A stretch of 63,027 nucleotides of DNA, counting the filler, from Globobulimina sp. (Eukaryota): the NCBI GenBank assembly GCA_003354225.1. It is 46 parts of 46 records of this genome, joined end to end, with 100 filler letters (N's around TTAATTAATTAA, not from the genome) between each part and the next. Parts side by side here need not be neighbours in the genome. Positions count along the whole stretch, not along the records: positions 35,689 to 36,960 come from PIVH01019685.1; positions 37,061 to 38,332 come from PIVH01019686.1; positions 38,433 to 39,704 come from PIVH01019687.1; positions 39,805 to 41,076 come from PIVH01019688.1; positions 41,177 to 42,448 come from PIVH01019689.1; positions 42,549 to 43,820 come from PIVH01019690.1; positions 43,921 to 45,192 come from PIVH01019691.1; positions 45,293 to 46,564 come from PIVH01019692.1; 38 more parts are not named here. The stretch is one strand, 5' to 3'. The position numbers were made by a program, and so were the translations under genes. A model generated the notes under the pieces. That model did not search any database and had not been told where the DNA came from. It saw only the letters and a list, made by a program, of their open reading frames with translations. Positions 36,411-49,448 of this stretch are shown piece after piece; the stretch's first letter is position 1; each line of letters begins with the position of its first letter.

Positions 36411-37364
36411 TGCTATGAAGTAAGGGGATGTGTATGATGAGGATGTAAATGAAGTTGTTTATCAACTTGTATCACTGAGAAGTTTAATGTGGTGTTGGTT
36501 ATAATAATATGTGTTGTCTGTGTTATATTGATGAGTGTTGGGATTTATTGTGGTTATCTACATTGTAAAGTGGGTGTTAATGGTGATGCTAATGTTGGGC
36601 AAGAGACTCAGTGTTTGTTGTCTGATAAATAATAGAGTACACGTATTCCTCTCGATAACAGTACAGTGCATACGAGTGCATTCTTGTAAGCATGATTCGT
36701 TTCAGAGCATATGATAATATACCAAACCTAAAATCATAAATGCTATCTGTTCACTCAACTCAACTCTCAAAAATGACATGGCATAATGGCAAACAAAATG
36801 ACTGTAGTCCATCACCTCATTTCTCTGTATATCATCCGATATAAGTCATGTAACACCATCAGACAATGACAAGACATAGACTTACAAATGGAATTAAATC
36901 CGATGCATTTAATAGCAGTCAATTGAAAATAGGCAAACATATATTAGCAACTGCGGATAGNNNNNNNNNNNNNNNNNNNNNNNNNNNNNNNNNNNNNNNN
37001 NNNNTTAATTAATTAANNNNNNNNNNNNNNNNNNNNNNNNNNNNNNNNNNNNNNNNNNNNCATGACATATATTTTTTGTCATAACTTTTTTCTTTGTCAT
37101 GACTTTTTTTTCCTTATCATGACTTTTTTTTTCTTTGTCATGACAAACCAACATTTGAAAACTCTGTTAATTTGACGTAAAAAACTACCTATAATAAAAC
37201 AACAATGCCTCATTAACTTCATTAATATTGGAATCTCAATTAAATTTGCAACAAACACAAACAAAAAGTTATCCAATTGCATTTACAATAAATGCGACAA
37301 CGTTTCTTGTGTTCATACAGTCTTTTAATGTCTTATTACCACAAAACATGTCATTACAATGAAT

Positions 37365-38332
37365 TTATTGTTTCTTTTTCGTTCTCTTTTTATCCCCTTT
37401 ACCTTTCTTGGCAGACTCTTTCTTCTTCGATCCCTTCGATTTCCTTTGTTGATTTTTAGACAAATATTTCGTAGATTCATCTTTACCTTTTTTCTTCGCT
37501 TTTTTTTTATCTCTGGCCCTTTCCTTTTGCTTTTGCTTCGCCTCCAAAATCTTATCTTTCTTCGTCTTTCCATACCAACTCTTCTTCTCCGCGCTGGTCT
37601 GAAATCGGCCATGTCCATATTTTGATGATGTATCAATAAATCTCAATTTGATCTCTTCTTTCGACGCAGTGTTGGAAGGCTGCACTATGGCTTTACGTAA
37701 AGTTATCGGTCTCTTTCGAACTCCCGGACAGGTCCCTAAACACAAAAAAAAACAAAACATTCACATCCATCGAGTGCAAGGATGCTAAAAAACGTACCTT
37801 TAATCATAATAAAATCCTGTTTCACCACACCGTACCCAACAAAGCCGCCCATTGGCGTAATATTCTTATGCGTCAAATCATAGTTGGTCGACGCTTCGAA
37901 ATTCACCGGTTTGCCATCCTCGTCATAGCTAATCTGCTTACCAATTTTGTAGATTTTCTTATGTATTTCGGTGCGATGATGGTACCCTTTCTGTCCTTCT
38001 CTGGCGATGCTAAACGAGACTCGCGCCGGATGCCAGGAGCCGATGCAGGCCACTTTGCGCAATCCGCGATGCGTCTTCCTCGGCAATCGGGTCACGCCCC
38101 ACCGGTTCACCACGCCTTTCCAGCCATGCCCGCGGGTCACGGCGATGGTGTCCACGCTCTCATTGTCCGCGAACACCGACGACACTGTGATCTGTTTCTC
38201 GAACAAATTGTAGCCGAACGCCACCTTCTCCGCCACGTCGGCGCCGCCATTCACTTGAATCTCCATAATGTGCGCCTTCTTCATGCCCAAATTGGGCAAC
38301 TTCTTCACCTGCGAATGCGCGATGATGCGCAC
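37365..38332 (-). CDS. RPL3: 60S ribosomal protein L3 (uL3), 3' part; intron 37736-37797; Lys-rich C-terminal extension
   Basis: [47 protein letters not shown]. Confidence 0.98.
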
Positions 38333-39520
38333 NNNNNNNNNNNNNNNNNNNNNNNNNNNNNNNNNNNNNNNNNNNNTTAATTAATTAANNNNNNNNNNNN
38401 NNNNNNNNNNNNNNNNNNNNNNNNNNNNNNNNTACAGATACACCTTTGCAACCAATTGACTGGGGTCAACTAAGTTCGGAGGTTAAACATTCGAAAGCAT
38501 GTCACATTTTCAGTCACTTCTAGCCGAGATTGGATTTTTAAACTACGATAGCGGTTTACATACGAAACATCTATGAAACATAAGCATATGCTATCTTAGT
38601 TTAAAAGCAATCTCAAAAACAACAGGCGATTTTGCCACAAAAAATATAGACATTAGACGTCGTGTGGAGGATATATTTATATCTCATATTATGTGAATCG
38701 AATGGTGTTTTTATTTTGGCGGTAAATATATCACAAACATCCAACACTTCCAACAAAACTGCGCCAATTCCAATGCACAACGCACTGCCATACAATCAAC
38801 ACAATAATCTGAGTCATAATGCATTAAACACAACAAATAAATCCAAACCACGCGAAATGCACACATTTAACCCTTCGAACTCTATGACAAATAAACCAGT
38901 CCACCAACGCAGTTCATGTAATTCTTATATATATATGCATTATTTTTTTTGTGTGACACAAACAAATAAACAAATACTTACTATTCATACTCCTCATCAT
39001 CTTACAACAACTCATATCATTCCAATGCATATATGAGTAATATGAGCAAAACCAGTAACAATTCATCATCATATCACAGCAATAATGAATTTTCAGCCTC
39101 CTGCACTGCACAGTCCATTCCCGCATAAATCCACACAAAAACAGCAACAATTCCTCGCCAAACAAAGTGTCGCCATTAAACACAAAGAATGATGGCTTTG
39201 CTTTGCCCAAAAAATCACTCAAATCGCAACATAATACGGACATAAAAAGCGATGCTGAAAGGAAGGTGATATCGGATTTGATTGCATGCAAACGAGAAAT
39301 GGCTCGGTTACGCATGAAATACAACAAACAATTTCAGAGTTTGCATAATAAGTACAATGAAGCAGTCAAACAAAGGAATGCCAAAGAAAGAGAATAGAAG
39401 ACTCGCCATCAAACTCATCGTTATCACCGACGTGATTATGTGTTTGATGATAGCGATTTAAGTGGTATTTATGTGAATGAAAACGAAGAGAATGTGATAA
39501 TGTACGGCGTCTAATTTTTT

Positions 39521-39584
39521 GTGATGATAGCTTAAGGAAAGCATCTATTTAAAGAAGATTTGGGTTCAAATCCCAATCATCACA
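39521..39584 (+). ncRNA. tRNA-like element (64 nt) with truncated anticodon arm
   Basis: Acceptor stem GTGATGA/TCATCAC plus A; D-stem GCTT/AAGC; T-arm TTGGG-TTCAAAT-CCCAA; followed by TTTT. Confidence 0.75.
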
Positions 39585-39804
39585 TTTTATTATTTTTGTT
39601 ATTTAATTTCTGTTTTTTGTTTGTGTTTCTGTTGTATATGTTTGTATACTTTTGCAATTTTATATAAAAAAAACATATATATTTTTCATAAAATATCAAA
39701 CAAANNNNNNNNNNNNNNNNNNNNNNNNNNNNNNNNNNNNNNNNNNNNTTAATTAATTAANNNNNNNNNNNNNNNNNNNNNNNNNNNNNNNNNNNNNNNN
39801 NNNN

Positions 39805-40970
39805 TTTTATGCATCATTGCTTTCACCATCTACCTTCCATCAAAACTATCCAACACTAAATTTGATATTTATATGGAACCAGAATCAAAATATGTAACAA
39901 TTTGTGTCGGATTAATAACAGCCAACATCTGGCTGTTTGTGTTTAGTGCATTAATCTATTTCGTATTTACGGCATTTAGCAGCAACAAGAAAAGATTTAT
40001 CGATTTTTGGTGCATCTTAACAGAATACAAAATATATGCAATGCTCTCATTTTGTCTCTTAATATCAGCATTAACCATATTCATATTTGGATTCTCTTTA
40101 CGTTGCACGATGATAATATCAAACATCGCAACAAATTTGAATTTAATAATATTTTTTATGATGTCGACAATTTTTCCAGTAAAGGTATACAATCAAAGAC
40201 GTAATATCGCTCAAAACGGAGTAAATCCAAATCAAGGTCGCGGCGGCAGTCATCTTATAAAAACGATTAAAAGTGAAAAAGGCTATGAATTGTTTATGAG
40301 TCATGTCATCGCTGAAATGTCCATTGAGAACTTGCTATTTTTGACAGTAATGCTGCAATTTGAAAATTTCTTATTAGATAATAACATCATTGATGCGGAA
40401 ACAGATAAACATATATTCCCACAAAGAATCAGTTTGCCGTCAATAGTGCCGCTATCAGCAATATTTTGTATTGAAATTGAGGATCTTCCATCGTTTGGCA
40501 CTGCACTCAAAGGCAGAGTGTACAGCGTCGACTCGCACTCAGCCAGACATCTTTCGGGCATACAACCAGTGCCATCACCGACATTCTCGGACGATCCTAA
40601 ATTGATTATGACGATTCCAAGCAGTGAGTCTGCTGTTTCAGCCAATCAAGAATCACAAGAACAAGATACAGTGATCCAATTAATCGAGATAGCGAATGGC
40701 GTGAATGGCTTGAATGTGAAATTGATTTTGATATTTTGTTGCTTATTTAAGAAGTATATTGCCAGAGAGGAAGCGGAGTTAGAAATTAATATTTCAAGTG
40801 CTGTCCATCAGAGATTAACATATCATATGAATTATATTAAACAACATGGCAAAATTGAAGATTTCCAGGATTGCTATTTTTGGTTAAAAGAGGCAGTGAA
40901 ACATGTTATCGCTAATTTAAGTGACTCTTTCTCGCGGTTTAGCTATTACAAAAGAGAAATGTCCATTTAA
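39805..40970 (+). CDS. 7TM-RGS protein, C-terminal part
   Basis: TM helices, then RGS motifs GYELFMSHVIAEMSIENLLFL, LEINIS, DSFSRF. Confidence 0.85.
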
Positions 40971-41286
40971 TTGTTCTATTTATATATATTTATATTTACA
41001 TTTACTACCTCGTTTTATATTATTCTCATATTTTACTATTACTTTGTTATCTCAATTACAATTGAACTCGATTGTANNNNNNNNNNNNNNNNNNNNNNNN
41101 NNNNNNNNNNNNNNNNNNNNTTAATTAATTAANNNNNNNNNNNNNNNNNNNNNNNNNNNNNNNNNNNNNNNNNNNNGTCTCAGAAGCAACCAACAGGAAC
41201 ACCTAACACATGGCGCAAAACGACTCGTATGAATCCAATGCAGCGCTTCAAAATGTACAATCCATTACAAATGGAATTCTCAAGCG

Positions 41287-42448
41287 TTGCTATGCCAAGA
41301 CACAATGTTATGTTTTTTATTTAAAAAAATTATATTCAATTTGATTACCAACAAAAGTCGATACCAACATGCACATAAAAATAATCAGATATCATTTGGT
41401 TTCCACAAAAAGCACCAACATCAATTGCAAAGAATAGAAGTGAACCGCATCAAAGCAAGCAAGCGAAAACTCGTAAACAGCATAGCAAGAACAATGAACG
41501 TCGCAACAGGTTCAATCAGAACCTTTGGCGCTGAGAAAACTTTCGAACTCAGTCAGGATAACATCGCAGACTCTGTAGACCTAAATACATCGAAGAAAAT
41601 CTTCGATTTGAGCCTCCCCGAACACGCACCATACAAAATCGACTATACCTCCAATGGGCAATACTTGGCATTATGCGGACAGAGAGGACATTTATCAATC
41701 ATTCGTTGGGCGGATTTCAGGCTAATTTCTGAGGAATATTTCGATGTACAATCTGATTACATCCACGATGTGAAATTCGCAATGAATGAGTCCATGCTAT
41801 GTGTGGCACAGAGGGAAGGTGTATACATTTACAATACAAAGTGCGTAGAAACACACGTTTGCCGCAGGTCCATGTTTTTGCCCTTGGCATTGGACTATTT
41901 GCCATATCATTTCTTGCTATGTTGCGTTGGGCAGCAAGGCAATTTGGTATATTTTGATGTGAGTTTGGGCAAAAAAGTCCGGACCCAACATACGGAATTG
42001 GGCGCATGCGATTTAATACGGCAAAATCCAAGCAACGCGGTCATCCATTTGGGCCATGATAATGGTACGGTTACGATGTGGACGCCGACCAACAGGGATC
42101 CTGTGGCGAGGATGATGTGCCATCCAGGCCGTCGCGTCCGTGGATTAGCTGTAAACCACGCAGGTATGCTTTGATTGTGTGCACTGAGTTGGAAGACATG
42201 AGCTTCATTTTTAAGCTTACTCTTACTCAAAAATGTTTACTTTAAACTTTTTCAAAATGGCACTACTTACACACTCACAGGTTCTCAAATGGCCACCAGC
42301 GACGACAACGGACATTTAAGGATCTGGGATTTACGAACATTTAAGGAATTGCACCATTATAGAACCCCTGGCACTGACAGAATGATTTCACATTTGGATT
42401 ATTCTCAGAAAGGGTTATTAGCGTTTTCAATTGGTGGAACTGTCAGAA
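41287..42448 (+). CDS. WDR46: WD repeat protein 46 / Utp7; intron 42164-42280; 5' end uncertain
   Basis: KIFDLSL....PYKIDYTSNGQYL..G.RGH, LDYLPYHFLL, QNPSNAVIHLGHDNGTVTMWTP, |GSQMATS..LRIWDLR. Confidence 0.92.
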
Positions 42449-42548
42449 NNNNNNNNNNNNNNNNNNNNNNNNNNNNNNNNNNNNNNNNNNNNTTAATTAA
42501 TTAANNNNNNNNNNNNNNNNNNNNNNNNNNNNNNNNNNNNNNNNNNNN

Positions 42549-43453
42549 AAAAAAAAAAAAAAAAATATATTTGCAACAATCAACAAGAAACTCATCAATA
42601 AGAAAATGGTAACCACTCTACCAAAAGATTTAAACATCCAATAAGTAGACATTCCAACTATAACAATAGAAGCCACAAAACTCAGTGGATCCCGTCCAGT
42701 ATATTCCACTGCATAATCAATCATAATATTTGCCAATTCATTGGCTTCCGTGTCATCATCACTATTTTCATTAAAACTGGATCGCAATCGATGTTCATAC
42801 ATTTTAATTGCATTGTGGTTCCGCAATCTGTCAATGTTTTCTATGTAGCTATACTCTGTGGCTCCGAAACAATAAAAGTATCTATATTTCAATGTCCGTA
42901 TCGTTTTTATCAACGCATTGTTTATTTTTCGAATATTAGCTGTATATTCTGATTTATCCACTGAATGATTTTCAATATAACTCCTTATCAAATGTCTTGG
43001 ATTACTGTCCCCGAAATATGTTTGCCATATTTTTAATTCTCGTTCGGATTCAGAATCACTATCACTTGAATGAATTGTATTTATCAAACTGTTGATTAGG
43101 AATTGATTTCGGAGTAAATATGTTTGCGTTGGGTCTGATGAACTGTCGCCTGCAAACATCCCCATTCTATCAACTACGCCTTGACCCTTATTTATATTAT
43201 CTGTAAATTTAATTACTAAGATTTTACCACAGGTCATATATCTCAGTGTTAAATCTATTAACTTATCTGTCTTAAATGCAAAAGACGTTGAATAATGCTC
43301 TTTAATCAACTGTTTTGTTGCTTTGATTTCAATAAATTGTAAAGGAATAAATCCTTCCTGCAACAATTTGCGTAAAATATGTGATGCTACATTGCCTCGT
43401 ATTGTTGCATCTGGTTTTAATATAACTAAAGTTTCGTTAAAACGATTTCCCAT
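42549..43453 (-). CDS. Nucleoside diphosphate kinase domain with C-terminal TM helices
   Basis: TLVILKPDA, EHY, NTIHSSDS..ERE, then two hydrophobic helices. Confidence 0.8.
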
Positions 43454-43920
43454 TGTTCAGTTGTGAAGTTTTCCATATAGTGCAAAGTTCGAGTTTTAAA
43501 ACGGACGAATTTTTTTTAAAAAAGCTACACAAATTACAAACAACGGAAGATCCATTATATAAATGACCGTTTTTATTGCGTATTTGATGGAATTCGTGTG
43601 TTTGTAAATGCGGCCAAAATACTTTCTTCTGTTTCTTCTTTTTCTTCTGTTACATGTGTCATTTGTGTAGAACCTATATCATTGCTTGTGGCATTTGTGG
43701 TGATTGACTTTGATGTTTGTTCCGCATGCTCCATATGACTTAATTTTAATCGTTTATAAATTCTATAACATCCACAGCAACATTTATTATAAAATTGATG
43801 CGAATATCCGTATGAAAATTNNNNNNNNNNNNNNNNNNNNNNNNNNNNNNNNNNNNNNNNNNNNTTAATTAATTAANNNNNNNNNNNNNNNNNNNNNNNN
43901 NNNNNNNNNNNNNNNNNNNN

Positions 43921-45010
43921 CTGAACACGCTCTGTTTTGCAGTTGTGAATAGGTCATCAGTTGTTGCTGACTGTTCCGCTCCATCTTCCTTTTTTTAATC
44001 AAATAGACGGGATACAATGTGCTTAAAATGGAACATGGAAATGCCACCATATCCATAATGAATATGTTAATCAGCGATGACGTCCTGTGCCAGACTGAAC
44101 TTTGCAGTTTTGATTCGTCCAAATAATGCATTGAAAATACCACCATATATACCATAAAGGAGCAGCTCATCATCAACATTGTTATGAAGACTTCATTTCG
44201 AATCTCATAGATATCATTTACTAATCTTAATTTATACAATATAACAAAGCCAGATATGACAGGAACTAATACCTCCAACGAATGGATCACCTCAATCTAA
44301 CAAATCAAAGAAAAGACACAAAAACATAACGGGAAAATGAGTAAGATACAGTATAACACAAAAAAGCTAAAATATGTAACTACATATAGCAATTAACAAA
44401 CCTCCCAGGAATCGCCATAAATATCAGGCGTATTATCGACCATTGGCGCAATGATGGCATCTACAAATCCCATGAAAATGTAAGGAAATATTATCATCTT
44501 TGTCAAATATGTCATGTTACCGAACGTATCATTATGGTCAATGTACCAGGCGTACGAGGCAGGAATCTCAGAATCAATATTTTGTTTCCATGCCATGTCA
44601 GCTATTGCTAAATTATATTGTTGCCGGAAATAAATATAATAAATGTTGGCGATTTTGAGATACATTAAGCCGTCCCAGGTCAAAGCGAATAGGAAATGCA
44701 AAGACCAGGCGGGAACTACAACAATTCCAAAGATGTTGGTTAATAAAATATACATTCTTTCAAACATCAAACCAAAAATAACAATCACGCTCATCAGTGT
44801 CACTGCCAATGGATTGCGATAAGTGATTATCTCATTCTCTTTGTGTTGGTGAAACAGGAGTAATCCGTATATGATTAAGGGGATAAATACGACATAATTA
44901 AACACTGTTATTACTAATCCAGACACATTGATGGCATCCCATTCAAATGCACCTGAATATTGTAGAGGAGTAAATGTACAGCACAGATACAGATAATGTA
45001 CAGCACTCAC
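43921..45010 (-). CDS. 7TM protein, probably the N-terminal half of a 7TM-RGS; intron 44297-44401
   Basis: Seven hydrophobic segments; IITYRNP and NDIYEIRNE motifs; GT-AG intron joins the ORFs in phase 0. Confidence 0.7.
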
Positions 45011-45292
45011 TTTCAGTCATACAGATAATACACAGCGGTTTAACGCAGAAATAATAAGATGGGTTGTTTTGTTGAGATCGCCACTCGATTAACAATGGTC
45101 TCACAGTCTGTAGTTGGTTGTTTAATGTTCAGTATGTATGAAAAATATTAATGATATATATATGAATAGAGTTTCAATATAGGACAGAGTTTNNNNNNNN
45201 NNNNNNNNNNNNNNNNNNNNNNNNNNNNNNNNNNNNTTAATTAATTAANNNNNNNNNNNNNNNNNNNNNNNNNNNNNNNNNNNNNNNNNNNN

Positions 45293-46292
45293 CTGTTATG
45301 TTATTAAAAATATTTACATTTCTGAATGCTTTATAAAATATTTCATAGGTTCCACACTTTTTAGCCGGAGACCTCCGTCTTAGAAATGCATGAAAATGAA
45401 TAAAATATGGATTTCCATCATAAAACTTCTCTGGCTTTTGACAATTAGAAATCTGAGTGTCATCAATCTCATATATCATATCTTTATATTTCTGAACAAT
45501 ATAAACCTGATTGTTAAACACTGCCTGATCTGTTGGGGCATTCACATGATTTGCATCATCATAATCTTTTTTTTCATGTCCAATTCGCTGATACCAATAT
45601 TGTAGCATTTCCTTCGCCGTTTCAAATTGCGACGTGGCCATAATAATAAAACAAGTACAGACAGCTTTATATGGTTTCTGTGATACAAATATCATCGCAT
45701 AATCATTGATTGATTTATTATGTGTTTCTGTTTCAAAATGTTTGCTTATCCATTGCCGAAAAGTCCTATTCAATGTCCGTATATAAGCATCGCTATCCAT
45801 ATAAACAATGAAATCATATTCATCCCAATACGTCAGCAGCACATCATATAACACTAATATTTTGCAGTAATTTGCTTGCAGTCTAAACTTATATGTTCCA
45901 TTTTTGTAGCGCCAATTCACACATTCAATAATAGCATGGCGAGGCGTATATTCTTTATTTAATGTGTAATATAAGTAATGGTAACCATCATGAATTGAGG
46001 TGTAATAATATTGTAATGATGCACTCATTGTAGGCCATGATGATAGCGAGGCATTTCGGGAATTGCTTACCAATCCGGCTGTGTCTAGCGATACAAATAA
46101 AATGTTGTAATTAGTTGTCTCACTCGAGCTCTTGTTCACATCTTCCGGAGTAAATGAATATGGTTTCATAGAATGGACTTCTTCAACTATATCAATATGT
46201 ACTTCATAATAAACAAATAGCGCCACCAACCCAATCAACCAAAATAGCAATAGTTTAATGGCAGTTCTGATGCCAATCTTGCTGAATCCCAT
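45293..46292 (-). CDS. Type II membrane glycosyltransferase (GT-A fold, DxD)
   Basis: N-terminal TM; YCKILVL, VYMDSDAYI, TDQAVFN. Confidence 0.75.
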
Positions 46293-46901
46293 CCTTGTAA
46301 AATATTATCTGATATTTAAAGATAGTTTTTTCTCTGAAACAAACCAAATCCCAAAACTTCATTCCCCTCAACAAACCATCGTTAATTTCCCACACAATTA
46401 TTTTAAAACTAAATTAAACCTTGCAACTCACATGTCGTTCAAATTGGCTTTTTTAGCGTTATTGTTGGTTGTAAACTGCAATTACATCTCGGCAGCACTC
46501 TGAAGGAGATTCTTACAAGAATTCGACACTACCGATGGTGGAATAGGTTTGCCACAATTCGTATNNNNNNNNNNNNNNNNNNNNNNNNNNNNNNNNNNNN
46601 NNNNNNNNTTAATTAATTAANNNNNNNNNNNNNNNNNNNNNNNNNNNNNNNNNNNNNNNNNNNNTTTTTTTAATTGGGAAATTAGTTCTTTTTTATATAA
46701 TATTTTTAGCAATATCTTCAAGACATGTATGAATTTTAAAGATGTTTCCGTCAAACTGCGAAACAAAAAGTTACGTTTTCGGCGGTGTTTATTGTTTTCA
46801 TAATACTATCAATTAAAAACATGTGCAAAACAAAGAAAGAAAGCAAAAACGAAAAAAAAAGAAAATGAAAGAGCAAAAAACTTATAATATTAAAAAATCA
46901 G

Positions 46902-47918
46902 TTATAAGTCAACACTTTGTGTTTGCGTAACTTTGTATTTCCTTTTTAATGATATTTTAGTTAAACCAAGTGATTGCACAAATAAATCAATGGAAGAACA
47001 TAATTTCTGAGGATGCGATTCTGTCAATAAAAAGCCAGTGTCATTCATCAAAACAAAGGTCGTATACTGTCGGGGCATTATTTTCTGAAAAGTAATTGTC
47101 TCATTTTTAACTCTTGAATTTTCACCGCAAATAATTAATGTTTTCGTTTTAATTTTACTTAATTGTTTCTCAGTAAATGCTATCCTCCGTGAAAATCCAC
47201 GGACATATTTAATAACTGACTGTGTGTCTAATCTCTCAAAAGAATCTAAAAAATAATCATACGTTTCCTGGGGGACAACGCGTGGAAAATATCGCACCAA
47301 TAACGAAGAACGAAGTGAATCGATTAAAAACTGTGATTGCGTGCCAATGCCTGATAATAATGTGTCAAATATCCATTCCCGCCATGACGCTCCGCCTGAA
47401 ATACCATTTAATAATATTAAACCACGTAATTTTTGCGAATAATTCATGGCATAATAAGTCCATATATTGCACGCTGCGCCGACACCAAACCCAATAAATC
47501 GATCAATACTTAATTTGCTGCGAATTTCCTCGATTTGAGTGCATAATTCTAATAAATCAAATGAATCGATATTAGAATCATTAAAAAATGATGGCGGACC
47601 ATGTTTATTTGCATTTTTCTGAGTGTCAACATCGTCGTAATGGTGTTGTGGCGCATCAATATGAACAATGGTAAAATATTTAAATTTTTCATCATATTCA
47701 CGTATCATATTAACAAAGGTTCGAAAACATGCATCATGATTGATGCCAATGTCATGATAGGTCATTATTATCGGTTTACCCGATGCTATATCACCATCGA
47801 TGGAGACTCGTTGTGTGCCATAATCGGTATAAAAATCCATTATACGATAACCAAATGAATCAAACATGGCTTTTGTATTTACTTTATTCTCGTTTTCCAT
47901 GTATTGCTTCAATGGCAT
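46902..47918 (-). CDS. NDRG/Ndr family alpha/beta-hydrolase-like protein
   Basis: MTYHDIGINHDACF, HIDAP.H, IGFGVGAA, GLIL, ESHPQK. Confidence 0.9.
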   Translation of the reverse strand: MPLKQYMENENKVNTKAMFDSFGYRIMDFYTDYGTQRVSIDGDIASGKPIIMTYHDIGINHDACFRTFVNMIREYDEKFKYFTIVHIDAPQHHYDDVDTQKNANKHGPPSFFNDSNIDSFDLLELCTQIEEIRSKLSIDRFIGFGVGAACNIWTYYAMNYSQKLRGLILLNGISGGASWREWIFDTLLSGIGTQSQFLIDSLRSSLLVRYFPRVVPQETYDYFLDSFERLDTQSVIKYVRGFSRRIAFTEKQLSKIKTKTLIICGENSRVKNETITFQKIMPRQYTTFVLMNDTGFLLTESHPQKLCSSIDLFVQSLGLTKISLKRKYKVTQTQSVDL

Positions 47919-48036
47919 TATCTCTTCTTTTGCTTCNNNNNNNNNNNNNNNNNNNNNNNNNNNNNNNNNNNNNNNNNNNNTTAATTAATTAANNNNNNNN
48001 NNNNNNNNNNNNNNNNNNNNNNNNNNNNNNNNNNNN

Positions 48037-49308
48037 TCGACATATAACGATTATTATAGACGCGATTGGAAAGATGAAACATTGAAATATTTATCAGATA
48101 AAATAAAACCAAATGCAAAGATCACAAGCTACAAATGGTACAAATATGAAAGCACAAAAATAAACGACATTCCATCATTGCGAGGACACTCTTTATCGGA
48201 TATTGGCGCAGACTCAATGATAACAATTGGTGATAGGCGAAAACGAGAAAAAATTGACATTTATAGAATCAGTAAATATTTTAATAAATTTGAACAATTA
48301 CACAGCAACGGACCATCGCCATGTTGCAGATTCCATCATTCTGCACAATATATTCCCACACTACATGCAATTTTATTCTTTGGTGGTTTTGATGCTCAAT
48401 GCAATTATAACGATGCTCGATTATTATCATTAGACACTATGATTTGGTATGACTTGGAATATGATCAACATATCGATCATCGTGCACATCATTCGTGTGC
48501 CTCTCGATTAGTTAAAGCAGATTATGAAAATAGCAAATCACAAAGATTTGAATGCTATATATTTGGTGGGATGTTTTGTAATGGCGGGCCTTATGTGTAC
48601 CATAATGATGTCTTCAAATTTACATTTTATGATTGTGAAAGTAAACAGAATGACAGTGATAAATCAGGCAACTTTGAATGTGATAAGTTGGTGATAAAAG
48701 GCGGTAAAACGCCTTCACAGAGATCACAGTCTCATTCGTGGATTAAAGATAATATGTTTTATGTGTTTGGAGGCACTCAAGCTACGATAACATTGAATGA
48801 TTTGTGGGCTTTGGATTTGAGTACGAATGTTTGGACCGAGATAGAATATGAAGGCATATTAAGGGCGCCGCAAACATATAGTATTAAACCCAAAAATTGT
48901 CGCGTGAATGCAGCGAGAAAGCCGTGCTATTTTGATGCAGAAATGAATGAATTGATAGTGATTCATTATGGTAAATTGAGTGCTGTTCAGAGAGAGTTTA
49001 TTCAATATGGTGCGACTTTGACAGATTTTAAAAAGTATCTACTTGAGAAAAAACAACAGGAAAAAGACACCGAAAAGGAAGAGAACACAACGCGGAGAAA
49101 AGGTGCTATTGGATTGTTGCGAGAGGTTATGAAATGTACCATATTTGTATTTGATATGAATGAGAGAGTATGGTATATCAAAAGAGATAAAAATTTTAAT
49201 GACAAAGATAGACAGAATGTGCCATCAAAGTTGATTGGGACAACACGTGTGCTCCGCATTGGTGAATATTTAATTCAAATTGGTGGCGGATATGGAAGAT
49301 CAAATGTA
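48037..49308 (+). CDS. Kelch-repeat protein (partial)
   Basis: Repeated R..HS..FGG..ND.W motifs. Confidence 0.85.
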
Positions 49309-49448
49309 NNNNNNNNNNNNNNNNNNNNNNNNNNNNNNNNNNNNNNNNNNNNTTAATTAATTAANNNNNNNNNNNNNNNNNNNNNNNNNNNNNNNNNNNN
49401 NNNNNNNNTGTTATGTTATGTTATGTTATGTTTATAACATAACATAAA

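Noticed and set aside
37868-38380. Antisense and alternate-frame ORFs over RPL3 and other conserved genes, and ORFs running into X runs
   Set aside because: Shadow ORFs or linker read-through with no recognisable motifs.
39544-39556. Reading the tRNA-like element as a UUA-anticodon ochre suppressor
   Set aside because: TTA lies in the loop but no 5-bp stem with a 7-nt loop can form, and TAA is the main true stop here.
234-46503. Stop-codon reassignment suggested by in-frame stops (TAA 234, TGA 21855, TAG 36247, TAG 39395, TGA 46501)
   Set aside because: All three stop types occur, only once per gene, alongside frameshifts. Conserved genes (H4, H2A, RPL3, CAPZB) end normally at TAA with no internal stops. 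Sequence errors or pseudogenes explain this better.
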